Source of the DNA: Eledone cirrhosa
Taxonomy: Eukaryota
Length of the DNA stretch: 64,000 bases
Direction of reading: 5' to 3'
NCBI GenBank assembly: GCA_964016885.1
Contig: OZ024741.1
Span: 124,000,001 to 124,064,000, forward strand
Part shown: positions 1 to 13,693 of the stretch, piece after piece
Layout: each line of letters starts with the position of its first letter
Numbering within the stretch: position 1 is the first letter of the stretch
Notes under the pieces: model-generated
Seen by the model: only the letters and a program-made list of their open reading frames with translations
What the model was told of the DNA's origin: nothing
The model's database searches: none
Translations under genes and position numbers: made by a program

Positions 1-402
1 GGACATTAAAACCTATTTCATTTCTAAAAAATTTCCATTTTTGTTTTTCATTCTTTCATCAAGCTTCCCTGCACACTATTGAATGTGGTCATTGTAAAAA
101 AGTCGAGCGAAAGAAAAATGGTAACAAAGAAAATGACAGATATGGGAAAGACAATGAGTGGAAGAAATATCAAACAAATCTTTCCATTTGTTGTCACAGG
201 ATATAATATCTTTTGATAAGCATGGAACGTCTTTGAAATCAAAATGTTTTTCGTGTGTATATATGTGTGAGTGTGTGTACACGTATATGTCAGAGAGTGT
301 GTGTGTGTGTAATGAAAATAACATTCTACATGGTAATATAACTTTTTTAAATGTTCTCACAGAAAATTATGATGTAAGGTTTTTTTTACAATATGTAATG
401 CA

Positions 403-615
403 ATAATGGTTCCTGATTTAGACACGAGGCCAAACATTTGTGAGTTGGGGAAAATTGATTAAATCGACTCCAGTGCGTTATTGGTACTGTATTTTATCGA
501 CCTCGTAAGGATGAAAGGCAAAGTTAACCTCAGCGCAATTTGTGTAAAAGGACATAGCTTTATGATGCGAAGCATGATGTTCGACGCTCTAACGATACTG
601 TCAATCCCCGACCTT
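403..615 (-). mobile_element. tRNA-derived SINE, family A (MetaSINE-like central domain)
   Basis: Recurrent + strand text ggtact..attttatcgacc.cgtaaggatgaaaggcaaagttaacctc, whose reverse complement (gcctttcatcctt..ggtcgataaaat..gtacc) resembles the Meta domain; more than 15 copies in the window. Confidence 0.75.
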
Positions 616-1614
616 AATTTTTTTCAATAGTGCCACAAAATTAGAAATCATTGAAGTGTATATGTTATAACTGCTTCATGCAATTGAAATAGATAATGGA
701 TATTTTTCATATTAGATTTCCATCCATGGATCTTTAAATTTTGATAGAATTGAACCGGCTTGGTCATAACATAAGCATGGGCATTTAATCATGTAAGAGC
801 CAATCCCTCTCCAAGTCTAAACATGAATGATTTTTTCGAAAGAAAGAGAGTAGCAGAGCCAGAAAAAGAAAAGGATAACAATATATTATGGAAGAATAAA
901 CGTCAGTACTAAACTAGCTCTTTACTTATGACCCTGTAAAGAATAAATGCAAAGTTGACCTCCGAAGTACTCAGATTCGGAGTTCAGAAAGTTAAAATTA
1001 ATGCCATGTAATGTTCTATCCGACGTTCTAACAACTCTACAACTTCGTTGTCATATTTTTAGAACTAGAAATTACATATTTCCTTGTATTACACATTTTG
1101 AAATCTGGATTTATTTGAAATAGAGAAAGAATGCCTTTCCATCTCCTATAAAAGGTAAGGGCACGTCGTTCCCTCAGAACTATATTATTGGCTATATATA
1201 TATATATGATAAGTAAATATGTTTTGAAACTGAGCAGTTTTGAAATTAGAAAATAGAATAGCTTTCACCGTATTTTTTTACTAAAGAAATTTTAGTCTGA
1301 TAATGGGGTTTAGAACCCTCAGATAAATGGAAAAAGATGAGTATTGACGTACATATATAAGGGTTTGAAGTTTAATAATACGGACTTAATTAGATTATTG
1401 AGTGAGTGGGGAAACCAACGAAGCTGTGTCCATTCTATTCGATAAAATTCGTTTCTTAATTGTTTATACATATATATACACACGTATGCGTATATATATA
1501 TATATATATATATACGCACACGTACGTGTATGTGTGGTTAATTAATATTTGCATTTAACATGAGCTCCAGGTAAGAAGTAGAAAAAATGGGAGAGTGAAA
1601 GGTGATTCATCTAC

Positions 1615-2660
1615 TCTCAGTAATTTATTGATATAATATATTTAATCGACAACAGAAAGATGAACGTCAAAGTGAAAACTAGCGGAATTTGAACTCAGAA
1701 TGTAAAGAGCCGGTATAAATAGTACAAAATATTTTGTTCGACGTTCTACCGATTTTGCCAATCAACTGTCTTTATAATTAATTATTTCTAACATTGGCAC
1801 AAGGACAGCAATTTAGAGGAAGGAGAAATTCGATTAAATCGTGTCATGTGCGTTATTGGTACTTTAATTTAACGATCCTGAAAAGATGAAAGGCTACATT
1901 GACCTCTGTGGGATTTGAACTCGGAACTTAAAGATTGGAACCAAATGCAACTAAACATTCGTGCGTCGCTCTAACGATGCTGCCATTATAAATAGTTCTT
2001 TCTAATTATTGCAGAATTAAGGTATTTGAACTTAACAATGTAATCACTACGAAATATTTTATCCGATGCTCTGAGTAATGGTTTCTGACTTAGGCACAAG
2101 GCCATCAATTTTTCGTGCAGCATTGGTACTTTATTTTATCCACCTTGTAAGTATGAAATGTAAAGTTAACCATGGCGAAATTTGGATTCAGAACATAAAG
2201 GGAAGTAACTAAATATCGCAAAGCATGTTATCTGACACGCTACCAATGCTGCCAATCCGGCGCTCTAAATAATAATAATTGTTTCTACTTTAGGTACAAT
2301 TATTGGGATGAGGGGAAAATCGATTAAATCGACCTCAGTGCGTGACTGGTACTTTATTCTATCGACTCAGTAAAGATGAAAGGCAAAGCTAAACTCCGCG
2401 GGATTTGAACTCTGAACGTAAAGGGCCGTAACACTATGGAACTTTACGATCTGAGTTAGCTTTGCCTTTTATCCTTACGGGGTCGATAAAATAAAGTACC
2501 AGTCACGCACTGGGGTCGATAATAATTGTTTTTACTTTTCGCACAAGGCCAGCAATTATCCCAGTGTGTTACTGGTACTTTATTTTATCGATCTCGTAAG
2601 GATGAAAGGCAAAGTTAACCTCGGCGTGATTTGAACTCATCTGGGGTCGATAATAATGAT
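1615..2660 (-). mobile_element. Cluster of about 5 head-to-tail family A SINEs plus one inverted partial copy (2441-2520)
   Basis: Repeated ggcacaagg...ggtactttattttatcgac...gatttgaactc (reverse complement of B box GAGTTCAAAT) units separated by (taa)-rich tails. Confidence 0.75.
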
Positions 2661-3296
2661 TTCAACTATAATTTGTTTTGTTGCCCACAAACGTCCAATA
2701 TATTGGAGTAATACAAAGATGAAAAACAACACTGTTGCAGACAGTAAAGGTAGCAACAACTAAAGGAGCACAATTCATACAACAATAAGAATAGTTGTTA
2801 TAGATAGTCATGATAACAACATAAGTCTATAACAAATGTCTACAGGCAACAGTTCCTTAATAGAGAGGAGAGGGGAACTGCGCTTCATGTGATTCTACGG
2901 AAACATCCCGCAAAACCCTGGATTACTCTCTCTCCTGAAGGGCATTGAAAGTACTTTCCTTCAATTTCTATCCTCCTGCTTAGAAAAGCATAGTTACAGT
3001 AGGCCCATTCAGTCTCGTCAATCGCGCCGCCCACGCCCACCTTTCACAAAACATACTACAAGTCAGCATATCCTCCATTACCCTCACTGCCTTATTCAAG
3101 TGGTATTTCAATAATAAAATAATAATAATGATTTTTTTTTTCAGTTATTTACTTCTTGAGTCAACTCATCCATACACCAATATGTTGTAAAGAAATGGGT
3201 TTAGACCATGTGTCAGGGCTGTAAACACATGTGGTTATGTAAATACCTTATATGTTATACAATATATTCTGAGAATAGGTTTGAAATATTTTATAC

Positions 3297-3391
<95 letters not shown>

Positions 3392-3418
3392 CATATACAT
3401 ATATATATATATACATAC

Positions 3419-3470
<52 letters not shown>

Positions 3471-3472
<2 letters not shown>

Positions 3473-3842
3473 GATATTAATAAATGGAAACTATATTTAT
3501 AAAACCATATATATTTCATTACAAATAAGCTTTGACGTACCCTATTAAAATGCAACCATTGTTTTTAGAAGCTATCCGGATAGCTTCCAAAAACAATGGT
3601 TGCATTTTAATAGGGTACGTCAAAGCTTATTTGTAAAACTGTTATATATTGTATTTTGTCTGATGAAGGCATACCATAATTTAATTTGGTATCTCTGAAA
3701 TATGTATAATGAAATAAATATGGTTTTATAAATATAGTTTCCATTTATTAATATCGTATATCTATTCCAAATACTTGTCGAGTGCTTTATATCAGTTATA
3801 AAAATATATACTTGTTGTATCCCAACAATTTTAAATAACTTT

Positions 3843-3846
<4 letters not shown>
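3471..3846 (+). mobile_element. Short HHR-bearing fold-back element (PLE pseudo-LTR / retrozyme-like) in (TA)n
   Basis: Near-perfect palindrome 3519-3636 centred on TATCC|GGATA; 3471-3521 is the reverse complement of 3707-3757; (TA)n on both sides; HHR inside. Confidence 0.75.
3652..3716 (+). ncRNA. Type I hammerhead ribozyme
   Basis: tattttgt-CTGATGA-aggcatacca..tggtatctct-GAAA-tatgta-TA/atgaaata; stem I pairs with 2 G-U wobbles. Confidence 0.7.
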
Positions 3847-3901
<55 letters not shown>

Positions 3902-4090
3902 GGGTGGGTCTAATTATATATGTATGTATATATATATACGAAATATTTCAGACTTATTCTCGGATAGAATGTAAAGTATAACATATAACGTCTTTGCTCC
4001 TTCTCTTGTATTTAGACCCACCCCCATATATATATATATATATATAATGTTTTATTTGCAATGTATATATATATGATGATTCTAATTAAA

Positions 4091-4136
<46 letters not shown>

Positions 4137-4215
4137 CCGACGGCAGAGCTCAAGCTGTTTCGACGGCTATTTATGGTCCAACCGGTTCCTTACCACAACT
4201 CCGTCGTTATATATA

Positions 4216-5502
4216 CAGGCTGCGGACGATATTTGTTTGCGAGATCACTGTCTAGGAAAAGTTAACATAGTAGTTTTATTTTTTAAGATTTATTTATCAA
4301 ACTTGGGTCAGTTTGTCTTCACGACTTGTTCTTTCGATCTCATCGATAAACTCGCCATTGGCTTTGATGACAGCCTCAAGGCGGCCTCGGAACCGGCTAC
4401 AGGCCTTCGTCACTGTCCCCCGACTTAGGCCCCTAAAGGCACTTGTGATCCTGGCCTTCAGATCGTCTTTCGTATTGCAGCTAGATCTGTTGGTGTCTCG
4501 TTCCACTACGCCCCACACAAAGAAGTCGAGGGGGTTGCAGTCAGGCGAGCTGGAAGGCCAGATGTATGGTGAAGTGTGGTCGACGAAGTTCTCTGAGAGC
4601 CAGGCTTGGGTCTTTCGGCTGGTATGGCAGGGCGCTGAGTCTTGCTGCCACACGTACGGCCTACCTGCGGCTACCTGGTCGATCTAGGGCTTTACTACAG
4701 AACGCGGATGTTGCCATCGGTATTCAGCTTGAGGCCCTCAGGGAAGAAGTGAGGTGGCATGACGTCACCTTGACTGCTGACGACACCTAAGACCAATGTT
4801 GTCGCTGGAAACTTTGTCTGCATGACTCTGGGCACGTCTTTGGATGAGGCAGCGAGCCACCTGTTGTTCTGAGAGTTGATCTTCTTGTCTTGGCAGAAGT
4901 TTTTCGCGTCAGAGAAAAACCACAGCATGTCTGGCTCCAGTGGGTGTTTCAACTTGTTAATCAGCTTCTTTGCGTGCTTCAGTCGCTTTTCTTGCATCGC
5001 CTTTGACAGAAATTGTCCTTTCCTCATCTTGTATGAAACGTAGCGAATGTCTTCATGTACCACCAGCCTAATGAGCTTTTCATCCACGCCTTTCTCCCTT
5101 GCAATGGCATGCATTGACTTACTAGGTTCATTGTTGATGATATCCTGAACTTCAGCGACGAACTAGGGCGTTCTGAAGGCGTCAGATCGTCGATCATGTG
5201 TTTTCCTCTCTGATGTTTCTTCGTAGTCGAATCCTGAATCTTCCAATTCCTTTCTACCTTTTCCACGATTCTCCTGCTGACGTTGAGAAAGTCTAAAATG
5301 TCCTTATTTGTCCTCCCGGCGCGGATTCCAAGAAGAACTCTTTCACAAATTTGGAGGTTCAAAATTATTCATAATCAATTATTGTGAAAATAAATAATGG
5401 AAATATAGTCACTCTTTTTATGAAGACAAGAGTGACAACGGAAGTAAAAAATATTTGCATAAAATTAGCAGTTGAAAATTGCGAACAAATATCGTCCACA
5501 CC

Positions 5503-5505
<3 letters not shown>
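4216..5505 (-). mobile_element. Tc1/mariner superfamily transposon, DD37D (maT) type, full length but inactivated
   Basis: About 27-bp imperfect TIRs (CAGGCTGCGGACGATATTTGTTTGCGA / reverse complement CACGGTGTGGACGATATTTGTTCGCAA); TA on both sides; 1290 bp. Confidence 0.93.
4297..5362 (-). pseudogene. DD37D transposase pseudogene (three frame-disrupted fragments)
   Basis: ORFs 5024-5362, 4695-5114 and 4297-4653 with WFFSD, WQQDSAPCH and WPSSSPDCNPLDFFVWG; 37 residues between the 2nd and 3rd catalytic Asp; in-frame TAG in KP*IDQVAAGRPYVWQQD. Confidence 0.93.
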
Positions 5506-5558
<53 letters not shown>

Positions 5559-5714
5559 TTTAATTAGAAACATCCACCACGTATTAACAAAAATATGATA
5601 TATATATATAACATTTCCTGATAGATTAACAGTATACATTTAGCAGAACTACTTGCTTTACACCGAGCCTATTTCTACCTTCCCAACACGAGTACAAAAA
5701 CCATTATCTATTTA

Positions 5715-5880
5715 GTATTAATTCTGCGAATTTGCAGAATCGTTAGAAAGTTGGATAAAACATTCGGTATGTGTTACGACTTTCTGCTCTGTTAGTTCAA
5801 ATCATACCGAGGTTAACATGGAATTTCAACGTTCTGAGGTCGTTAAATAAAGTACGAGTCTAGTACTAGAGTCGATTTTA
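5715..5880 (+). mobile_element. Family A SINE, diverged
   Basis: gcagaatcgttagaa...gttcaaatc..ccgaggttaac...gaggtcgttaaataaagtac. Confidence 0.6.
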
Positions 5881-8187
5881 ATATACATATCTCCTGCTGA
5901 ACCTTTATCTCCCCCATTCTCTTTTACATACACATAGTCCTCTTTTCTTGCTCTCTCACCCTCCTTCTACGACTGGATGAAAACAGCTGTGGTCAGACTC
6001 GAAGTATAATGGGCTCTCCCAGGATTAAAATCTTCAGCATATGCCATATGTTGTCACGGTGAGTCTGAGGCTACACCATGACATACGGTTCCATGAAGAG
6101 TTTGCATCAGTGTGATTTCAAATAGAAAAAATATATGTATATGTGCGTACCCACACATAATCCCTTTCTATCTCTCTACTTTCACACCAACACATATATG
6201 CTTGATCTTCGTCGGTACCGACGACGAGTATTTCAGTTGTTTGACCAACGGAACAGCATACCCAGGAAATTAACAAGCACGTAGCTGAGCATTCCAAAGA
6301 GACATTACTCCGTGTGTGATACGGTTGACCCTTTGAATTACGAACACAACGGATTTTTGCCCGCTGAACGAACAGGGTCAATCTGAAATTAATAATTATG
6401 GGAATCGAACTCAGTTCGTTAGCTGCACACACTAGTTTATATGGCATATGGCATCACACACACATACACACCGGCACATTAATATTAAGACATTCCGTAA
6501 ACAAATCAAACAAACTATATTCTAGGTATGGTATCGTTAGAATATAAAGTGCAGCAGTTATTTAAGCTGGGAAACCCCCTGTAAAAGAAGCAACATACGA
6601 GTCGTGGATGGAGGAGAAATCACCACATGTTTTCCAACACACAAACACAATGTCGCAGATAAAAACAACGTCATATAGAGTGCCGGATTTAGTTAGTCCG
6701 GGTCCTATACCAAATAGTATAAAAGATCCCTAAATTAAAAACAAAAGAACTGACATAAATATCAAAGGCACTATGCATGTTTAGCTTCCGTCGGTTTCGA
6801 CGATGAATGTTCCAGTTGTTCGAACAATGGGACAGACTGCTCGTGAAATTAAAGTAGAAATGACTGAGCATTCTATAGATACGTCTATCCGTAATGTAGT
6901 TATCAAGGTGACTCAGTTTCACTCAGTCTTTGAATGACAGATACAACTCATTTTTTTTCTTTTGCTAGCTAAACAAACTAAAGACGCTGTGATCGTGAAC
7001 ACTAACTGCTAAAAGAAATAAGTTGCTCCGGTATTTCAGAGGGCCGCTCAAATGTGTCACGTCGAATTTTTCTGAGGATTACGTTAAGGGTTACAGATGC
7101 CTATAAAATGCTCGGCAACTTGCATACTACGTTAACGAGCAAACTGTTCCGCTCATCAAATAGTTGAAACATTCGCCATCGGAACCGACAGAGGTCAAAA
7201 GCGCATATTCATATTATCATAGTTAAGAGGTGGGAAGAGTGTGTACCCACTACGTAATAAGTTTCATGTAAATTACTATACATGCATGCATTTTCCAGTA
7301 ACACCTGAGGGAGTCTTATGGGCACCGTATTGACATATGTCGTTCCTAGGGTATTTACACCTGGCGGAACACATTCACCTCCAATGTCTGAATACAGCAG
7401 AATTCCAGAGAAGGATAGCGAGTGAGAGAAAGGAAGACAGAAATAGATACAGAGGAATAATCGATCCAAATACTTGACTGGTACTTATTTCATCGACCTC
7501 GAATGGATGAAAGTAAACTTGACCTCAATGGGATTTGAAATCTAAGAGCCGAAACGAATACCATAAAGCATTCTATCCTGTGTCAATTCGCCGACTAGTA
7601 AATTACTATATGCATGATTTTGCTAAAATATGCATGAGGTACAAAACCGTCTTACCGTCATTGTAATGTGTCATTCAATAGCCAGTAGGTATATGACATG
7701 TCAGAATTTATGGTGTTGACTTCGTATAATGTAATACGTTATAATAGTTGGAGATACACATTTATATAGCAGACTGTTTAGGTTATATATTTTGTGTTGC
7801 AGTAAGGGACTGCATCTTGTGTATATATATAAATATATATATATATATGTAAGGTAAGCAAAAATAAAAACACTTCGATTACCTGTGCAGGCGATATTTA
7901 TTAAGATAGTGTTAAAGTGTTTATACATTTTTAGAACTCACTAAATACGATCGTGCTGAAATTATATTTGTATATATATATACACGAAAGCGTGTTTATG
8001 CGGTCGGAGTTCATTGAAACTCATGAATGAAGATTCCCGGTGAAAAATATTTAAATGTTTACTGAACGCGTGTCCAGTGAGAGCTAGAACAAACTGACTG
8101 TAAAATTAAAGAACACACGCACAGACATATCGCATATATACACATAGATAGACACATACATACAGAAATAAATATGTGTATATATAT

Positions 8188-8572
8188 ATAATTGTTTCTA
8201 CGTTAGGCACAAGGCCAGCAAATACCTATTGCATTACTGGTACTTTATTTTATCGACCCCGTAAAGATGAAAGGCAAAGTTAATCTTGGCGGGATTTGAA
8301 ATCAGAAAGGCAAGGGTCGTAACTCTATACGTCAAAGCATGGCGTCCGACCCTCTACCAATACTGCCAATCCATGGCATATATAATTGTTTCTATTTTAG
8401 GCACAAGGCCAGCTATAACCCAGTACATTACTGGTACTTTATTTTATCAACCCCGTAGGGATGAAAGGCAAAGTTAACCTCGGCGGGATTTGAACTCAGA
8501 TCATTAAGGGACGTAACTCTATGCTTCAAAGCATGGCGTCCGACTCTCTACCGATACTGCCAATCCACCTTA
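8188..8572 (-). mobile_element. Tandem dimer of family A SINEs
   Basis: Two ~190-bp copies (8188-8375, 8383-8572); very similar copy at 15712-15893. Confidence 0.8.
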
Positions 8573-8603
8573 ATGGCATATATATAATATTTATTCATTA
8601 TCA

Positions 8604-8641
<38 letters not shown>

Positions 8642-8721
8642 GAAAAGTATAGAAATTATTGTGAGCAAGAAGCCAACAGTATTTCATAATATATAATATA
8701 TATATATGTGTGTGTGTGTGT

Positions 8722-9015
8722 GTGGTGAAGGCACGTCGTCTAGTAGTTAGAGTATTGACATCCGAATCGTAAGGTTGTGAGTTCGACTCCCAGGCCGGGC
8801 GGTGCGTTGTCTTCTTGAGCAAAACACTTTATTTTAGGTTACCCAAGTTCATTCAGCTCTAGAAATAAGTTGTAACGTCATGGGTGCCAAGCTTGCTCCG
8901 CCTTTGCCGGTGGCTTGGAGAGGGTAGACTGGCATGCAGGGGAGGTTGCGAAGCTTCCCAAAACACGTCTTACCCAGGCTTGTGCCTCGGAGGCGAACTT
9001 TCTAGATGCAAAACC
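8722..9015 (+). mobile_element. tRNA-derived SINE, family B (CORE-like segment)
   Basis: A box-like ctagtagttagag, B box GAGTTCGACTCC, then gcgttgtcttcttgagcaaaacactttattt; relatives at 39043-39160, 44605-44730, 45095-45180, 51315-51630. Confidence 0.7.
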
Positions 9016-9321
9016 AAAGGGGACCTACGCTATATATATATGTATATGAATATATATATTATAAAGAGCCGGGATCCCGACGACTGAGTTCTTGTTGTTC
9101 CAACAGCTAGTTCTAGATTTATATATATACATATATATATATAAGTATGTATGTATGTATGTATGTGTTTCAAATCAATCAGTTAGAAAATAATTGTCAA
9201 TTCAAGCATGTGAACGGCGGGAAGGCTTGTTTATATGTGTGTATGTATATACTTATATATATCTATATGTACTTATATATATACGTATACGTATCTATAT
9301 ATATATATATATATATACGTA

Positions 9322-9444
<123 letters not shown>

Positions 9445-9497
9445 ATATATATAATTATATATATATATGCATATATATATATGTATATATATATATA

Positions 9498-9527
<30 letters not shown>

Positions 9528-9534
<7 letters not shown>

Positions 9535-9986
9535 ATAGTTTTTTCTTTTTTTTTGGGGGGGGGGGTCATGTTGCCAAGAGAAATACACGCACTTCAATTT
9601 ATTATAAATTAAATTTATAAATTTAGGAATTTATACATTTCCGGTTGGTTGTTTGGTTCCACAACCAGACGATTGTTCATATATTGTGAAAGTTCTTTCG
9701 TCACATGTTCTGTGACCTCTTCAGTGACTGGGGATTATTTTCTTTGTTTTTGTGCCTCTCCTTTGTTCTGTCCAATATATGAACAACCGTCCGGTTGTGG
9801 AACCAACCAACCAACCGGAAATTTATAAATTCCTAAATTTATAAATTTAATTTATAATAAATTGAAGTGAAAGCAACTGGTGCGTGTGTTTCTTATTGGC
9901 AACATGACCCTCCCAAAGTATAACAATATCTGTTTCAACACACGTTTTCAGATAAAGAATCTTGCTAAACGAATTCAGAAACGAAA
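9528..9986 (-). mobile_element. Fold-back element in (TA)n with truncated HHR in the spacer
   Basis: Inverted arms ~9528-9686 and ~9773-9929; minus strand of the spacer reads CTGAAGA-ggtcaca-gaaca-tgtgac-GAAA-gaact-TTC (9688-9724). Confidence 0.65.
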
Positions 9987-9997
9987 TATATATATAT

Positions 9998-10077
<80 letters not shown>

Positions 10078-10792
10078 GCATATATATATGCATATATACA
10101 TATATATATATATATATATGCATATATATATTTACCTATATTGTATATATAATGAAATCTGAATAAATAAATACATATATGTAATATATATATATGTCAA
10201 TATATATATGTGTAAATATATATATATATTTTATATTATATTAATAATAATAAGTGTTTCATTATAATACTAGGTATAAATCGAAGTTGTATATGTATAC
10301 ATTTTACTAAGAACCACTATTAATATTAAAACTCTACTATATTGAGTACTCTTTTCTCTCGGCCATCTACCACATAGGGATGTATGTATGTATATATATA
10401 TATATATTTATATATATATGTGTGTGTGTATATATATATATAAATATATGTATATATATATATATATACATACACATGCACACATGTGTGTATCATGACT
10501 CATGCACTGTTCATTTTCCTGATGTTTATACATTACCCTATGTACTATACATACACCTTTTGATGAGTTGTAGTGCACCTGAGCATTGTACACAATATTT
10601 CATTATTATTTTTATTATTATTATTATTATATATACTAATAATAATAAATTTGAAGACTAAAATCCAAAGAGGGCTCGATAAGGATAAATATATATCAAA
10701 TATATAAGAACCGTAGAGTAAATATTTATTAAAATAACAGATTAAAGTTTAATCTGTTATTTTAATATATATATATATATATATGTATTTAT

Positions 10793-10873
<81 letters not shown>

Positions 10874-10874
10874 A

Positions 10875-10951
<77 letters not shown>

Positions 10952-11363
10952 CGTGCTCACACGTACAAAGGTACTCTTGATCGCGCCAGTTACCATATAT
11001 AAATATACACGCACCTAATCATACATACACTCACATTTACATGCGTATATAGATAAAAGAAAAATACATACATATGATGGCCAGACTTATAGAATGACAA
11101 CCAGACAGACAGATAAACAGAAGTACGGACCTTGAGACAGACAGACAGACAACTGATAGACGGATATATTTTATTCACTACAACATGCTTGCTAAAATGA
11201 ATTCCGTCGCGAAAGAGAAACTAGGAAAAAAGACAGAGAAAGAAAGTTAGAGGGTGAGAGATTGATAAGACAAGAAGAAAGAGAGGCAGAAAAGGCGAAT
11301 AAGGGATATATATATATATATATATATAACACCTTACATAACCGTACTCCTTGTTGTTATTTA

Positions 11364-11440
<77 letters not shown>

Positions 11441-11644
11441 TGAGGACATGGATTAAAGAGATGTTATGGATATATATATTTAATAATGTCTCATATAAAA
11501 TAATACAACCAATTATCCACGAAATACTGAATAGTCAGCACCCCAAACTCTAAATTGGGATAATACTTAAGTATATCCTAATGTTTGTTGAGTGAGATGG
11601 AGTTGGTCGGAGTATCGCTTAAGGCTTTCTCTGTTTATATATTG

Positions 11645-11686
<42 letters not shown>

Positions 11687-12042
11687 CACACATATATATA
11701 TATTATATATATAATGTTTAAGCATGTATTATGCACATGAATGCACATGAATGTGTTTACGTATGTGTGTGTTTGTGACTGTTCTGTGGGTAGGAACACG
11801 TACATATCTGTGTCTGTGTGTGCATCTATATATGTATTGATACGTATGAGTGTGTATGTATATATATATATATATACTCTATAGCGGCTGCTGAATTTCT
11901 TTCCGTCTGTAGGGGTATTTTACCCGATTTACTACGCTGTGGTTATAGTGATTTTCCTGCATTCGAGATTTTCTACATTTTCGAAGCATTTCAATTCACT
12001 TGATGCACCAGTGTTTATATATATATATATATACATATATAT

Positions 12043-12119
<77 letters not shown>

Positions 12120-12134
12120 GAGAAGAAAGAATTT

Positions 12135-12203
<69 letters not shown>

Positions 12204-12917
12204 CATACATACATATACACACACACATACAGACACATATATTTACATACATACACACACACACGCACATACACACACACACACACACATACACATATAT
12301 ATATACATATATATATATATTTACATAAATACATGTATATATTTGTTCGTGCGTGTATGTGTGTGCGTGTGTTGTTGTTGTGTGTGTGTGTGTGTGCTTG
12401 CGTGATGTGAGCGTAAGTTTGGCTGACAAATAATCAAATCAGAAGTACGGGAAGAAGTAATAGAGAAAGAAGAAAAGGAACAGCGAAAACAACACCAAAA
12501 ATGAGAAGATGAAAAAGTAGGAGAAAAGTGTACAAGAGAAGTATGAATAGCTCTTACCTTTGACTGAAGTGTTGAGTATGTTGAACATACAGTCAGATCC
12601 GAGGAAAAACCAGTGTAGTATTCCGTATAGACAGACATATAGTCACACAGACACATGTGTGTGTGTGTCTGTGTGTGTCTGTTTGAGGTATTAGTATTAT
12701 TATTATTATATATATATATATCTGTTTGTGTGTGTGTGTGTGTGTGTGTGCGTATTTATACACCGGGTATCTCCGTATGTATGTATGTATGTATGTATGA
12801 ATGTATGTATGTGAAGTGTCTCTGACTGTGTAGGTATGTGGGTATGTGTTGTAATGTATGTATGTGTGGTATTTATCTTAGAAAGATTTATGTGGCTTTG
12901 CGGGTATAATCATATAC

Positions 12918-12989
<72 letters not shown>

Positions 12990-13099
12990 TATATATATAT
13001 ATATAGATGGTGTATAAAAATGCGTATATGATATACAGGTACAAAGGGAAACAACGCGGCTTTTTTTTTACTTTTCTATCTTTTTATTTTATTTTTGTT

Positions 13100-13183
13100 T
13101 TACTTGCTGTAGTTGTTTGTTGTTATTGTTGTTGTTGCCCTTGTTGTATTGTTGTTGTTATGATTTTTCTTCCTTTTGTACTA

Positions 13184-13235
<52 letters not shown>

Positions 13236-13653
13236 AGTGGTAGTAGTAGTAGTTGCTGTTGTTATTGTAGTTGTTCCATTTCTTCGTCTTCCTCGTCGTC
13301 CTTTTTTCTTCTGATATTGGTAGTAATAGTTGTTGTTGTTGTTATTAGTTGTTAATGTTGTCATTAATGTAATAGTTGTTGTTGTTGTTGTTGTTATAGT
13401 TCCTCTCCTTTTTCGTCTTCTTCTTCAGCTTCTCCGTCGTCGTCGTCTTCTTCGTCGTCTTGCCTCGATAACTTCATCTTTTTTCTGCTGCCGAGCAAAA
13501 CATCACCATCCTCAACACCATTTCCTCTTCTCCTCCTCCTACTTCTCTTCCTCCCTTACTCTCCTTTCTCCCCAACCTCTCTTCCTTCTCCTCCTTTCAC
13601 TCTCACACCCCCTTCGTCTCTTGCTACTCCTTTTCCTATTCTATTTAGCTTTT

Positions 13654-13693
<40 letters not shown>

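Noticed and set aside
64-119. Possible short exon after a pyrimidine tract
   Set aside because: Weak AAG acceptor and donor, with no recognisable peptide
8722-8800. tRNA gene-like A/B boxes
   Set aside because: These are SINE heads followed by SINE body sequence; no complete cloverleaf
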